A DNA stretch of 64,000 nucleotides from Vicinamibacterales bacterium. GTDB taxonomy: Bacteria; Acidobacteriota; Vicinamibacteria; Vicinamibacterales; UBA8438. Numbering within the stretch: the stretch's first letter is position 1; every line of letters begins with the position of its first letter. The position numbers were made by a program, and so were the translations under genes. Location of the stretch: NCBI GenBank assembly GCA_965207595.1, contig CBDBMW010000012.1, forward strand, positions 1,313,998 through 1,377,997. The letters are read 5' to 3'. This document shows, piece by piece, positions 10,495-20,890 of this stretch. Below the pieces are notes generated by a model. The model worked only from the letters and a program-made list of their open reading frames with translations, was not told the DNA's origin and did no database searches.

Positions 10495-11007
10495 ATGAAC
10501 GAGACCGTCGCGAGGTGCCCAGTGCCCGAATCCTCGACCACGCGCCAGCCCGCGGGAGAGAATCCGCAAGCCGCCGAGTGGCGGAGACGACGGGACGAAC
10601 TGCGAATGCGCGACCGCGACGCCGTGCCGCGAGACCTGGGGCCGCCCGATGTGTTCAGCGACCGGAGGGGGTCGAGCGCCGAGCGGAAGCGCTGCGGGCT
10701 CGACGTTCCGGAGGGCCAGACGGGCCGGCGCAGCCGGACGGTGACGAGCCGCCTGCGCATGAGCTGCGCGGGATGGCGGAGGGTGCCGACGGCGGAGGAG
10801 TTCCACGACGCGGTGCACCGGCCGGCAGGCACCGAACGCGAGTCGTCGATCCTCCTGACGTGGTTCCACGAAGCGGAGATGTCCGAGCAGCTCGACGCGC
10901 GCCTCGAGGAGGCCTACACCTGGCGCCAGCTCGTGCGGGCGCTCCATCGGGTCGGCCTGACGAGGGGGGCGGGCGCGCAACGGATCAACCGGTTCGCACG
11001 GGGATGA
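10495..11007 (+). CDS. Hypothetical protein
   Basis: ATG directly after a TAGAAT -10-like hexamer. The C-terminal half is protein-like (PTAEEFHDAV...EEAYTWRQLVRAL). Confidence 0.6.
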   Translation: MNETVARCPVPESSTTRQPAGENPQAAEWRRRRDELRMRDRDAVPRDLGPPDVFSDRRGSSAERKRCGLDVPEGQTGRRSRTVTSRLRMSCAGWRRVPTAEEFHDAVHRPAGTERESSILLTWFHEAEMSEQLDARLEEAYTWRQLVRALHRVGLTRGAGAQRINRFARG

Positions 11008-11216
11008 GCGGAGCCAAGGGGCCGGAGGCCCTCGAGACCCGGGGGCAGTCGCGGGACATCCTGGCCCGGGTGCGCCCGGCGTTCCGGGACCACGTGCGGC
11101 CGCACACCGCGGAGGGGGAGGCCCACCGCGACGGTGGGAATTGGTTGGACAATCGCGGGCAAGCGTGTATGGTCGCAAGATCACGCCGGATCGACCGTCG
11201 CTCGGGGGGAAACAGC

Positions 11217-12794
11217 ATGCGGGTCACCATTTGCCTGACGGCGGTTGTCCTGGCGGTCGCCCTGATCGCAGTCCCTGCCCATGCCGCCGGCGACAGAGTG
11301 GCCGACCTCGCCAAGGCCCAGCAGTGGTCTGGCGTGGCCGACCTGGTGCGGCAGGGCGTAGATGTCGACGCGCCCCAGGCCGACGGCTCGACGGCGCTGC
11401 ACTGGGCGGCCCACTGGAACGACCCGGCGACCGCGGCGCTGCTGATCGAAGCCGGCGCCGACGTCGATGCGGTCACCTTCACCGGCGTCAGCGCGCTCTC
11501 GCTCGCCTGCGAGAACGGCAACGCGGAGATCGTCGGGCTGCTGCTGAAGGCGGGCGCGGAGGTCAACGTCGCGGCGGTCGGGGGCGTCACGCCGCTCCTG
11601 CTCGCGGCCCAGTCCGGCCATGCCGGCGTGGTCCGGGCGCTCCTCGAGCACGGCGCCGCTGTCGACGCTCGGGCGGCCGGGTCGGCGCAGACGCCGCTCA
11701 TGTGGGCGGCCAGCGAAGGCCACGCGGCGAGCGTCGCGTTGCTGCTCGAGCGGGGCGCCTCGATCACGGCGACGTCCGCGGGCGGGTTCACGCCCCTGAT
11801 GTTCGCCGTGCGCGGCGGCCACCTCGACGTCGTGACGACGCTGGTCGAGGCGGGGGCGGACGTCGATGCGGCGACCCCGGTGATGCCCGCGTCCGGCGGC
11901 CGGGTCGGCTACGACCTCGGCGCCGGCCCCATCACGCCCCTGCCCCTCGCGATCGCCAACAACCACGCCCCCGTGGCGTTGTACCTCCTGGCGCAGGGCG
12001 CGAATCCCAACCAGGGCGCCGCGGGCATGAGCGCGCTGCACCACGCGGTCTACGGCATCGGCCAGAACCGCGCGGCCGGCGGCGGCGGCGACGACGGGTC
12101 GGGCCTGCGGGGACGCATGGAGCTCGTGCGGACCCTGCTCGCGCACGGGGCCGACCCGAACGCGCGACAGACCGCCCCGGGCATCATGGGGTTCGGTGGA
12201 GAAGGGAAGCACGGGGCGTTCGAGGCGTTCGGATGGGGCACGAACCGCGTGGGCGCCACGCCGTTCTACCTGGCCGCGGACTGCAGCAACGCCAACCCGG
12301 AGCTCATGCGCATCCTGCTCGACCACGGGGCCGACCCGAGCCTGACGACCGAGGACGGGACCACCCCGCTGATGGCGTCGTCCGGGCTCGGCTGGGGCTA
12401 CGCGCCCCCGGACGAGGCCGCGCGGCGGCGCATGCTGGCCGGGGTCCGGTTCCTGGTGGAGGAGGTCGGCGCCGACGTCAACGCCGCCAACGCGGCGGGA
12501 TTCACGCCCCTGCACGGGGCCGCCTACAAGGGGTCGGTCGGCATCATCGCCTACCTCGTCGAGCGCGGGGCGAAGATGGACGTGCGCGACTACCGCGGGC
12601 GGACGCCCTACCGCCTCGCGAGCTGGGCCCGCAACTCCACCGACTTCTACCGCTGGCCGGAGGCGGCCGCGTTGCTCGTCGAACTGGGCGCGAACCCGCG
12701 GCTGGGCGTCTCCGCCAACCTGCAGGAACGCGAGCTGGCCCGCGCGGCGGGGGAGGCGGCCGGGCCGGCGGGCGCGACGACCGGGGGGCGCTGA
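11217..12794 (+). CDS. Secreted ankyrin repeat protein
   Basis: Signal peptide MRVTICLTAVVLAVAL... and repeated TALHWAA/TPLLLAA/TPLMWAA/GADVDA units. Confidence 0.93.
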   Translation: MRVTICLTAVVLAVALIAVPAHAAGDRVADLAKAQQWSGVADLVRQGVDVDAPQADGSTALHWAAHWNDPATAALLIEAGADVDAVTFTGVSALSLACENGNAEIVGLLLKAGAEVNVAAVGGVTPLLLAAQSGHAGVVRALLEHGAAVDARAAGSAQTPLMWAASEGHAASVALLLERGASITATSAGGFTPLMFAVRGGHLDVVTTLVEAGADVDAATPVMPASGGRVGYDLGAGPITPLPLAIANNHAPVALYLLAQGANPNQGAAGMSALHHAVYGIGQNRAAGGGGDDGSGLRGRMELVRTLLAHGADPNARQTAPGIMGFGGEGKHGAFEAFGWGTNRVGATPFYLAADCSNANPELMRILLDHGADPSLTTEDGTTPLMASSGLGWGYAPPDEAARRRMLAGVRFLVEEVGADVNAANAAGFTPLHGAAYKGSVGIIAYLVERGAKMDVRDYRGRTPYRLASWARNSTDFYRWPEAAALLVELGANPRLGVSANLQERELARAAGEAAGPAGATTGGR

Positions 12795-12812
12795 CCGCGC
12801 AGGGACCGAGGC

Positions 12813-13286
12813 ATGACCGGCGCTCGACGAAGCGTACTGCTGGCCGCCGTCCTCGTGGCGGGCGCGTCCGCCAGCGCCGCGACGCAGAAGGTCTTCACGG
12901 CCGACGAGCTGCGGGTGGTCGAACGGATTGTGGGCACCTACTTCGAGTCCGCGAAGTCACTGAGCGCGGCGCAGGACTACGAGACGGCCAAGGTCCGGCT
13001 GATCGTCGCGCGCGAGTATCTCGCGCGGAGCTGGACGTTCTGGACGCGGCACGCGCGAGGCGACGCGGCGCGGATGGTCACCGAGGCGACGGCGGCGCTG
13101 GACGCGCTCGACGACCGGTTGTCCGAGGTGCCCATCGATCCGGCCCGCGTGCAGGAGGCGGTGCAGGAGGCGAGCGCGGCGTGCGAGGCCTGCCATGCCG
13201 CGTTCCGCGTCGAGCATCCGGCCACCGGCGCGTACGACATCAAGCCGGGCATCCTCGGCGAGCCCGCCGGTCAGGGGGCACGATGA
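12813..13286 (+). CDS. Secreted cytochrome c (C-terminal CxxCH, cytochrome c'-like)
   Basis: Signal peptide and ACEACHAAFR near the C-terminus of a helical protein. Confidence 0.8.
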   Translation: MTGARRSVLLAAVLVAGASASAATQKVFTADELRVVERIVGTYFESAKSLSAAQDYETAKVRLIVAREYLARSWTFWTRHARGDAARMVTEATAALDALDDRLSEVPIDPARVQEAVQEASAACEACHAAFRVEHPATGAYDIKPGILGEPAGQGAR

Positions 13287-15685
13287 CCATGATCTGGACG
13301 CGACACCGGCCGGCGGCGTTTGCGACGCTCCTGGTGATGGCCAGTCCCGGGGTGGGGTTCGCCGCAGAGGCACCCGACCCCGAGCTCCTGGCGCGGTACT
13401 GCGTCCAGTGCCACAGCGACCGGCTCCGGACCGGCGGCCTGACGCTCGAGCACGCCGACGTGGGCCGGATTGCCGAGGACCCCGAGCTGTGGGAGAAGAT
13501 CGCGTGGAAGATCCGCATCGGCGCGATGCCGAAGGTGCCGGCGCCCCGGCCTGAACGGCCCGTGCTCGACCGCTTCGCGGCCGCGGTGGAGGGCGCGCTC
13601 GACCGGGCCGCGGCCGCCGCGCCCGATCCGGGGCCGCCCACCTTCCATCGGCTCAATCGCCTCCAGTACGTCAACGCGGTGCGCGACCTCCTCGGCGTGG
13701 AGGTCGACGGGCCGAGCCTGCTGCCGCCGGACGCCACCAGCTACGGCTTCGACAACAACCGCGGGCTCACCATCACGCCCTCGCTGCTCGACCGCTACCT
13801 CGCCGCCGCCGTCCGGATCGCGCGCGCCGCGGTCGGCGATCCGACCATTCCGCCGACCACCGAGACCTATCGCATCGAGCGGACGGTCCGGCAGGGCGAG
13901 CGCATGAGCGAGGACCTGCCCTTCGGCACCAACGGCGGCCTGGCCGTCCGGCACACCTTCCCGCTCGACGGCGAGTACGCCGTTCGCGTGCTGCTGCCGG
14001 GCATGGGCACGGGCGCCCTGTACTCCCGGCCGCAGAGCGAGGTCCTCGTCACCGTGGACGGCGCCACCGTCAAGCACTGGTCGCTCGAGCCGCTGCGGGG
14101 CCTGAATCCTGCCGTCGCGGCCACGACCCGCCCCGAGGAGGACGCGCCTGCCCGCCCGGACGAGGATCTCGTGGTCCGGTTCCCGGCGAAGGCCGGCACC
14201 CGCCCGATAGGCGTCACCCTCCTGAACATTCGCCCCGCGTACGCCGAGGGTCTGCGGGGCGGGGTGGTGGGCGATCCGGAAGCGGTGCGGCGCGGCGCGT
14301 CGGGCCGCATCGAATCCCTCACGGTGTCGGGCCCGTTCCACGCCGCCACGCCCGAGGAGAGCGAGAGCCGGCGGCGCATCTTCACCTGCCGGCCGACCGC
14401 GCCGACCGACGAGCGCGCCTGCGCGCGGCAGATACTCACGCGGCTGGCGCGGCGCGGGTTCCGGCGGCCCGTCGCCGCCTCCGACGTCGAGGGGCTGCTG
14501 CCCTTCTACGAGCAGGGGCGGCGCGCCGGGGGGTTCGACGCCGGCATTCAGGCCGCCCTGGAGCGCCTGCTGATCTCGCCCCAGTTCCTGTTCCGCATCG
14601 AGCGCGGCCCGGACGGAGCGGAGCCGAGCACCGTCTTCCGCGTGAGCGACGTCGAGCTGGCATCCCGGTTGTCGTTCTTCCTCTGGAACAGTCCGCCGGA
14701 CGAGGAGCTGCTCGGCGTCGCCGAGCGCGGCCGGCTCGGCGAGCCGGCGGTCCTGGCCGCCCAGACGCGCCGGATGCTCGCCGATCCGCGCGCCGCGCAG
14801 ATGGCGTCCGGCTTCGCCGGCCAGTGGCTGGGGACGCGCCTGGTCCGCGAACTGCAGCCCGACCCGACGCTCTATCCCCTGGACGCCAACCTGCAGGAGG
14901 CCCTGGCGCGCGAGACCGAGCTGTTCTTCGAGAGCCAGCTCCGGGAAGACCGGAGCGTGCCGGATCTGCTGGAGGCGGACTTCACGTACCTGAACGAGCG
15001 CCTCGCCGCGCACTACGGCATTCCCAACGTCTACGGCAGCCATATGCGGCGCGTGACGCTGACGGATGCCCGGCGCTTCGGCATCCTGGGCATGGGCGGC
15101 GTCCTCATGGTGACCTCCCATGCCAACCGGACGTCGCCCGTGGTGCGCGGCAAGTGGATCATGGACAACCTCGTGGCCAACCCCCCGCCGCCGCCTCCCG
15201 CCGACATACCGCCGCTCCCCGAGAACGACGGCGAGCTGCCGACCACCGTGCGGGAGCGGCTCGAGCAGCACCGGGCCAATCCGGTATGCGCGTCGTGCCA
15301 CACCCTGATGGACCCCTTCGGGTTCGCGCTCGAGAACTTCGACGTCACCGGGCAGTGGCGGGACGTCGACAACGGCATACCCGTGGACGCGTCGGGGCTG
15401 GCGCTCGACGGGTCGATGATGGAAGGCGTGGTGGGACTGCGCCGGGCGCTGCTGGCCAACCGCACGCAGTTTGCTACCGTCTTCACCGAGCGGCTGCTCA
15501 CCTATGCGCTCGGGCGCGGCGTGGAGGCCCGCGATCGGCCCGCCGTGCGGGCCATCGTCCGCGAGGCGGCCCCGGACTATCGCTGGTCGGACGTCATCCT
15601 CGGCATCGTCGGCAGCCCGCCGTTCCGGATGAACCGCACCCCCGGCGCCGAGTCGCAGGTGGTGGCCACGGTGGCGAATCGGTAA
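13283..15685 (+). CDS. DUF1592-type secreted cytochrome c protein (second copy)
   Basis: YCVQCH, FHRLNRLQYVNAVRDLL, ELASRLSFFLWNSPPD, CASCH. ATG overlaps the upstream stop. Confidence 0.92.
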   Translation: MTMIWTRHRPAAFATLLVMASPGVGFAAEAPDPELLARYCVQCHSDRLRTGGLTLEHADVGRIAEDPELWEKIAWKIRIGAMPKVPAPRPERPVLDRFAAAVEGALDRAAAAAPDPGPPTFHRLNRLQYVNAVRDLLGVEVDGPSLLPPDATSYGFDNNRGLTITPSLLDRYLAAAVRIARAAVGDPTIPPTTETYRIERTVRQGERMSEDLPFGTNGGLAVRHTFPLDGEYAVRVLLPGMGTGALYSRPQSEVLVTVDGATVKHWSLEPLRGLNPAVAATTRPEEDAPARPDEDLVVRFPAKAGTRPIGVTLLNIRPAYAEGLRGGVVGDPEAVRRGASGRIESLTVSGPFHAATPEESESRRRIFTCRPTAPTDERACARQILTRLARRGFRRPVAASDVEGLLPFYEQGRRAGGFDAGIQAALERLLISPQFLFRIERGPDGAEPSTVFRVSDVELASRLSFFLWNSPPDEELLGVAERGRLGEPAVLAAQTRRMLADPRAAQMASGFAGQWLGTRLVRELQPDPTLYPLDANLQEALARETELFFESQLREDRSVPDLLEADFTYLNERLAAHYGIPNVYGSHMRRVTLTDARRFGILGMGGVLMVTSHANRTSPVVRGKWIMDNLVANPPPPPPADIPPLPENDGELPTTVRERLEQHRANPVCASCHTLMDPFGFALENFDVTGQWRDVDNGIPVDASGLALDGSMMEGVVGLRRALLANRTQFATVFTERLLTYALGRGVEARDRPAVRAIVREAAPDYRWSDVILGIVGSPPFRMNRTPGAESQVVATVANR

Positions 15686-15703
15686 GCAGTATCGGTAAGC
15701 AGT
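15678..15703 (+). repeat. 13-bp tandem duplication atcggtaagcagt x2 spanning the stop codon
   Basis: Read directly. Confidence 0.9.
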
Positions 15704-15717
15704 CAAGGAGAGCTGGC

Positions 15718-17070
15718 ATGTTCATCACCAAGACGCATCTCCCCCGGCGGACCGTGCTGCGGGGCGTGGGGACCGCCCTGGCCCTGCCGTTCCTGGATGC
15801 GATGGTCCCCGCCCTGACCGCGCTCGGCCGTACCGCGGCGGCTCCGGTGCGCCGGGCGGCGTGGTTCTACATGCCCAACGGGATGTCCATGCGCCACTGG
15901 GCCCCGAAGCAGGAGGGTGCGCTTGCGGGCGACCTCCCGATGATCCTGCAGAGCCTGGCGCCCTACCGCGACGACCTCCTGGTGCTGAGCGACCTGGCGC
16001 ACATGACCGCCTATCCGCGCGAGGGGGATCCGGCCTGCGACCATGCCCGGTCCGGCGCGACCTATCTCACGGGCGTCCATGCCGATCCCGATCTGACCAA
16101 CCCGGTCACGGACATCTCCGTGGATCAGCGGGTGGCACTCGTGACGGGGCAGGAGACGCAGTTGGCCTCGCTCGAGCTGGGGGTCGCCGTACGGGCGAGT
16201 TGCGTCACGGGTTCCGTCGGCTACCCCTGCGCCTATCGCACGACCATCTCCTATCGCACCCCGACGATGGCGCTGCCGGTGGAGATCGACCCGCGCGCCG
16301 TGTTCGAGCGCCTGTTCGGGGTGGCCGACAGCACGGACCGCAAGTCGCGGCTGGCGCGGATCTCGCGGAACGCGAGTTTGCTCGATTCGGTGACCGAGGA
16401 GATCGCGCACCTGAACGGCAAGCTGGCCTCGACCGACCGCTCGAAGCTCGCGGGCTATCTCGAGTCGGTGCGGGAAGTCGAGCGGCGAATCCGGATGGCC
16501 GAGGAGCAGAGCGACCGCGAGCTCCCGGCGGTCGACAAGCCGGCCGGCGTTCCCGACACCTTCGCCGAGCACGCGCGGCTCATGGGCGACCTGCTGGTCC
16601 TGGCCTACCAGACGGACCTGACGCGCGTGGCCACGTTCATGCTCGCCGAGGAAGTGAGCACCCGCGCATACCCCGAGGCGGGGGTGCCGGACTCGCACCA
16701 CGCGCTGTCGCACCACCAGAACGTGCTGAGCAACATCGACCGGCTGGGGAAGCTGAACGAGTTCCACATGCAGCAGTTCGCGCACGTGGTCGGCAGGCTG
16801 AAGTCGATCCCGGAAGCCGACGGGACGCTGCTGGACCGGACGATGCTCGTCTACGGGACGGGCATCAGCGACAGCAACGCGCACCTGCACGACGATCTGC
16901 CGATCGCGCTCGTGGGCGGCGGCGCGGCCGGCATCAGGGGCGGGCGGCACATCCGCTACGCGAAGGAAACTCCGTTGACCAATCTGTGGATGACCGTCCT
17001 CGACAAGATGGGCGTGCAGGTGGACAAGCTCGGCGACAGCACGGGGAGCATCGAGCTGGTCTCCGTGTAG
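15718..17070 (+). CDS. DUF1552 (HXXSHH) protein with Tat-like signal
   Basis: AAGGAG RBS, MFITKTHLPRRTVLRG, SHHALSHH, DGTLLDRT...SDSNAH. Confidence 0.92.
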   Translation: MFITKTHLPRRTVLRGVGTALALPFLDAMVPALTALGRTAAAPVRRAAWFYMPNGMSMRHWAPKQEGALAGDLPMILQSLAPYRDDLLVLSDLAHMTAYPREGDPACDHARSGATYLTGVHADPDLTNPVTDISVDQRVALVTGQETQLASLELGVAVRASCVTGSVGYPCAYRTTISYRTPTMALPVEIDPRAVFERLFGVADSTDRKSRLARISRNASLLDSVTEEIAHLNGKLASTDRSKLAGYLESVREVERRIRMAEEQSDRELPAVDKPAGVPDTFAEHARLMGDLLVLAYQTDLTRVATFMLAEEVSTRAYPEAGVPDSHHALSHHQNVLSNIDRLGKLNEFHMQQFAHVVGRLKSIPEADGTLLDRTMLVYGTGISDSNAHLHDDLPIALVGGGAAGIRGGRHIRYAKETPLTNLWMTVLDKMGVQVDKLGDSTGSIELVSV

Positions 17071-17160
17071 CTCCAGCGGGGCACTGCCTGCGCCACGGGA
17101 CGGATGCCGGCCGCACGGACGTTGTTACGGACACGGGTCTTTCGCGACAGAGGTCGTCAG

Positions 17161-18279
17161 ATGAAGGTGAATCGTCAGATGAGTTTGAACCTGAACAGGC
17201 CGGGCTTGCTGGTGTGGCTCCTGGCCGCGTGCTTCGTGACCGGCACCGGCGTCCTGTCGGCGCAGTCGGAGAGCACGGAGGCGCGGGACGAGAAGGCGTG
17301 GGACGAGAAGGCGGCCGCGGGGTACCTGGACCAGCGGCAGAGCTGGTGGGCCGGCTGGTCGGTGGCGGCCCGGGACAACGGCACCTACTGCATCTCGTGC
17401 CATACGGTGGTGCCCTACGCGCTGGCGCGGCCGCACTTGGGAGAGGGGCCCGACGCCAAGCCGACCGCGACCGAGCGGGGGCTGCTGGCGAACGTCGGCC
17501 AGCGCGTCCGGGAGTGGCGCGACCTCGCCCCGGACGGCGACCAGGCGCGCGGGACCGAGTCGGTCCTCAACGCCCTGGTGCTGGCGAGCTCCGACGCACG
17601 GACCGGGAAGATCGGCGACGACACCCGGATGGCCTTCGACCACCTCTGGGCGACGCAGGCGCGGACCGGGGACCTGGAGGGGGCGTGGAACTGGTTCGTG
17701 GTCGACCTGCAGCCGTGGGAGTCCGACGACGCCCCCTACTACGGAGCGTCACTGGCCGCGCTCGCGGTGGGCACGGCGCCCGAAGGCTACGCGTCGACGG
17801 ACGAAGCCCGGGAAGGGCTCGAACGGCTCCGCGGCTACCTGGACCGGCTCTACGATCGCCAGCCGCTGTTCAACCGCCTGACGCTGCTCTGGGCGTCGAC
17901 GACGCTCCCGGACGTGCTCGACGCGGAACAGAAGGCGGCGATCATGGAAGAAGTGCTCGCGCTGCAGGAGGACGACGGCGGATGGAGTCTCGCTTCGCTG
18001 GGCGAGTGGGAGCGCACGGACGGCACGACTCTCCCCACGGGCAGTGACGGGTACGCTACCGGTCTCGTCGCGTTCACGCTCCGACAGGCGGGGCTATCGA
18101 GCGAGAATCCCCAGCTTGGTCGGGGACTGTCCTGGCTCCGTCACCATCAGGACCCGGCCAACGGATCGTGGTGGGCCGAGTCGCTCAACAAGGAGCGCGA
18201 TCCGGCGTCCGACATCGGCCGCTTCATGCGCGATGCGGCCACCGCCTACGCCGTGCTGGCCCTGACCGCATCGGACTGA
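17161..18279 (+). CDS. Secreted protein with prenyltransferase/squalene cyclase-like repeats and a CISCH motif
   Basis: Signal peptide, CISCHT, LQEDDGGW, SDGYATG, WLRHHQDPANGSW. Start is 17161 or 17179. Confidence 0.7.
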   Translation: MKVNRQMSLNLNRPGLLVWLLAACFVTGTGVLSAQSESTEARDEKAWDEKAAAGYLDQRQSWWAGWSVAARDNGTYCISCHTVVPYALARPHLGEGPDAKPTATERGLLANVGQRVREWRDLAPDGDQARGTESVLNALVLASSDARTGKIGDDTRMAFDHLWATQARTGDLEGAWNWFVVDLQPWESDDAPYYGASLAALAVGTAPEGYASTDEAREGLERLRGYLDRLYDRQPLFNRLTLLWASTTLPDVLDAEQKAAIMEEVLALQEDDGGWSLASLGEWERTDGTTLPTGSDGYATGLVAFTLRQAGLSSENPQLGRGLSWLRHHQDPANGSWWAESLNKERDPASDIGRFMRDAATAYAVLALTASD

Positions 18280-18304
18280 CGCTCACGGCCGGGGGGATTG
18301 CAGG

Positions 18305-19420
18305 CTACCGGGTCGGGTTCGCGACCCCTTCGACCTCCTCGCCCCGGAACTCCGCCTCGAGCAGCCGGGCACCCCGCATGATGCCCTCGAACGAGTAGTT
18401 CGCCTCGTGACAGGCGTACTCGTACATCTTGTCGTCGCTCCGCGACCACGCGTACTCGCCCGTGAACGGCGCCGTCCAGACCGTCGGGTCGTCGACGGTG
18501 AAGCGGTAGACGAGCTTGTCGGCGCTTTCCATTCTGAAGCGCTCGATCACCGTCATGTTCCGCGAGCCCCGCGAGAAGGAAGGGCGGTCCCGGAAGTTGG
18601 TGGTCTCCACGACCAGGGTGTCGCCCTCCCAGTGCCCGATCGAATCCCCCAGCCACTTCCGGATCTCGGGCGGATCGTGCTCGGCGTTCATCCGGATGAC
18701 CCTCACGTCGTGGTTCATCTCGGTCAGGATCATGATGTTGTCTTCGGCCTGCACGATCCGCTTCTGGTTGTTGTAGAGGACCGGCAGCATCGGCGGGCCG
18801 GCCGTGGAGCCGAACCCGAGCAGGCAGCGCTCCGCGAGCGGCCGCTGCTCCATGTCGTCGAACGGGCCCGGCGCGTCCGGACCGGCCTCGAGCCAGTACG
18901 CGGTACCGTCGTTCTGACGTCGCGGGCCACCACCCCGAGCGGCGTCAGCGGCCATCCGCGCCTCGGTCCGCGGCGGATACCTGCCGTTCGGGGGGTCGAC
19001 GAGGATGGAGGTGCGCCACTCGCCGTCGATCTGGAACGCCCCGGAGCCGGGGTCGATCCAGAAGGTGTTGTAGCCTCCGACGTTCCCCGAGGCGCCGGTC
19101 GACCCGTCCCCGCCTACCGGGGGGGCGCTGCGATTCGGGTCGCTGAGCTCGGTGTTCACGGAGGGGACGATGTTGTTGCGGCGATCGAGCGCGGCCGTCG
19201 CTCGTGCCCCGAACGCCGCCGCCTCCTCGTCGGTCAGCGACATCGTCTCGCCCAGCTCGGTCGGACGCTGCATCGGCGTCAGCGTCCTGGCGTCGTAGGT
19301 GCCGGACAGGTCCGGACGACCGCTCGGCGTCCGCGGAATGTCGTCGCTCTGTGCCGCCGCGATCGCCGCCAGGCACAGGACCGCGAGCCCCCCAACACCG
19401 GTCGCTACTCGACTGCGCAT
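18305..19420 (-). CDS. Secreted hypothetical protein (PRTPSGRPDLSG...YEYACHE type)
   Basis: Signal peptide, GDSIGHWEGDTLVVETTNF, MYEYACHEAN. Confidence 0.85.
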   Translation of the reverse strand: MRSRVATGVGGLAVLCLAAIAAAQSDDIPRTPSGRPDLSGTYDARTLTPMQRPTELGETMSLTDEEAAAFGARATAALDRRNNIVPSVNTELSDPNRSAPPVGGDGSTGASGNVGGYNTFWIDPGSGAFQIDGEWRTSILVDPPNGRYPPRTEARMAADAARGGGPRRQNDGTAYWLEAGPDAPGPFDDMEQRPLAERCLLGFGSTAGPPMLPVLYNNQKRIVQAEDNIMILTEMNHDVRVIRMNAEHDPPEIRKWLGDSIGHWEGDTLVVETTNFRDRPSFSRGSRNMTVIERFRMESADKLVYRFTVDDPTVWTAPFTGEYAWSRSDDKMYEYACHEANYSFEGIMRGARLLEAEFRGEEVEGVANPTR

Positions 19421-19532
19421 GTGACCCTCCCCAAAGGCGTAACCGTCGACATTCTAGCGGACGCGAGGAAGGCCTCGCTCTTGGTAGGATTGACGCAGAC
19501 TCCCCACCGGGGCTGGTCGAGAGGAGCGCGCC

Positions 19533-20870
19533 ATGATCGTCACTGGGAAGTCGCTGCCGCGTCGCACGTTCCTGCGCGGGGCGGGGGCGGCGCTCGCGTT
19601 GCCCTTCCTCGACGCGATGGTGCCCGCGCTCTCGGCCGCGGCGCGGGCGGCCACGCCGGCGCGCCGGCTCGGGTTCGTCTACGTGCCGAACGGCGTCAAC
19701 TGGATGCAGTGGACGCCCGAGCAGGCGGGCGCGGGGTTCGAGCTCTCCCCGTCGCTGCTGCCGCTCGCGCCGTTCCGCGACAAGCTGGTGGTGGTCTCGG
19801 AGCTGCGCTCGCGGCCGGCCGAGGCGCTGGGCGACGGCAGCGGCGACCACGCGCGCTCGTCCGGGGCGTGGCTGACCGGCGTCCACCCCAAGAAGACCGA
19901 AGGCGGCGACTACCGCGCCGGCAAGACGGTCGACCAGTTCGCGGCGGACCGGCTGGGCGCCGACACGCAGTTCCCGTCGCTGCAGCTCGCGATCGACGAC
20001 GTCGGCATGCTCGGGGGCTGCGAGCCGGGCTACGCCTGCGCCTACCAGAACACGCTGTCGTGGCGCACGCCGACGACGCCGATGCCGATGCTGACCAACC
20101 CGCGGGTGGTCTTCGAGCGCCTGCTCGGCGGCGACGCGCGGACGCCGGAGGAGCGCCGCGCCCTCGCCGAGTCGCAGGCCAGCATCCTCGACTCGCTCCT
20201 GCAGGAAACCGAGCGGCTCCGGCGGCGGCTGGGCGGGCCGGACCGCCTCCGGCTGGACGGCTACCTGGACGGCATCCGCGAGCTCGAGGAGCGCCTCGCG
20301 AAGCTCGATCGGCAGGGCGACCTGGCGCTCTCGCCGGCGGACCTCCCGGCCGGGATTCCGGACTCGTTCGACGAGCACGTGAAGCTGATGTTCGACCTGC
20401 AGGTGCTGGCGTACCAGGCCGACCTGAGCCGCGTGACGACGTTCCTGATGTCGCGCGAGGCGACGCAGCGGACCTACGCCCAGCTCGGCATCGCCGACCC
20501 GCACCACGGGCTGTCGCACCACGCCTACGACCCGGTGAAGCTCGCGAAGCTGGCGCGCATCGACACCTATCACGTCTCCCTGTTCGCGTACTACCTGGAC
20601 CGGCTGCGCGCGGTCGAGGACGGCGACGGGTCGTTGCTCGACCACATGCTGATCCTGTACGGCTCGTGCATGTGCGACGGCCAGATCCACAGCCACTCGA
20701 AGCTGCCGACCCTGGTGGCGGGGGGCGGCGGGGGCCGCGTGCGCGGCGGACGGCACATCGTCTGCGCCGAGGACACCCCGCTCACGAACCTGCAGCTCAG
20801 CCTGCTGGAGAAGGTGGACGTCGAGCTCGACCGCTTCGGCGACAGCACCGGCCGGGTGGCGGACCTGTAG
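19533..20870 (+). CDS. DUF1552 (HXXSHH) protein, second copy
   Basis: GAGGAG RBS, LPRRTFLRG, PHHGLSHH, GSLLDH. Confidence 0.92.
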   Translation: MIVTGKSLPRRTFLRGAGAALALPFLDAMVPALSAAARAATPARRLGFVYVPNGVNWMQWTPEQAGAGFELSPSLLPLAPFRDKLVVVSELRSRPAEALGDGSGDHARSSGAWLTGVHPKKTEGGDYRAGKTVDQFAADRLGADTQFPSLQLAIDDVGMLGGCEPGYACAYQNTLSWRTPTTPMPMLTNPRVVFERLLGGDARTPEERRALAESQASILDSLLQETERLRRRLGGPDRLRLDGYLDGIRELEERLAKLDRQGDLALSPADLPAGIPDSFDEHVKLMFDLQVLAYQADLSRVTTFLMSREATQRTYAQLGIADPHHGLSHHAYDPVKLAKLARIDTYHVSLFAYYLDRLRAVEDGDGSLLDHMLILYGSCMCDGQIHSHSKLPTLVAGGGGGRVRGGRHIVCAEDTPLTNLQLSLLEKVDVELDRFGDSTGRVADL

Positions 20871-20890
20871 CGGCGGTCGGGGAGGTGGAC

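Noticed and set aside
18407-20890. N-terminal part of the 1854-aa ORF and similar very long Arg/Gly/Pro-rich ORFs
   Set aside because: Shadow frames of real genes in high-GC DNA; the credible start is 20891.
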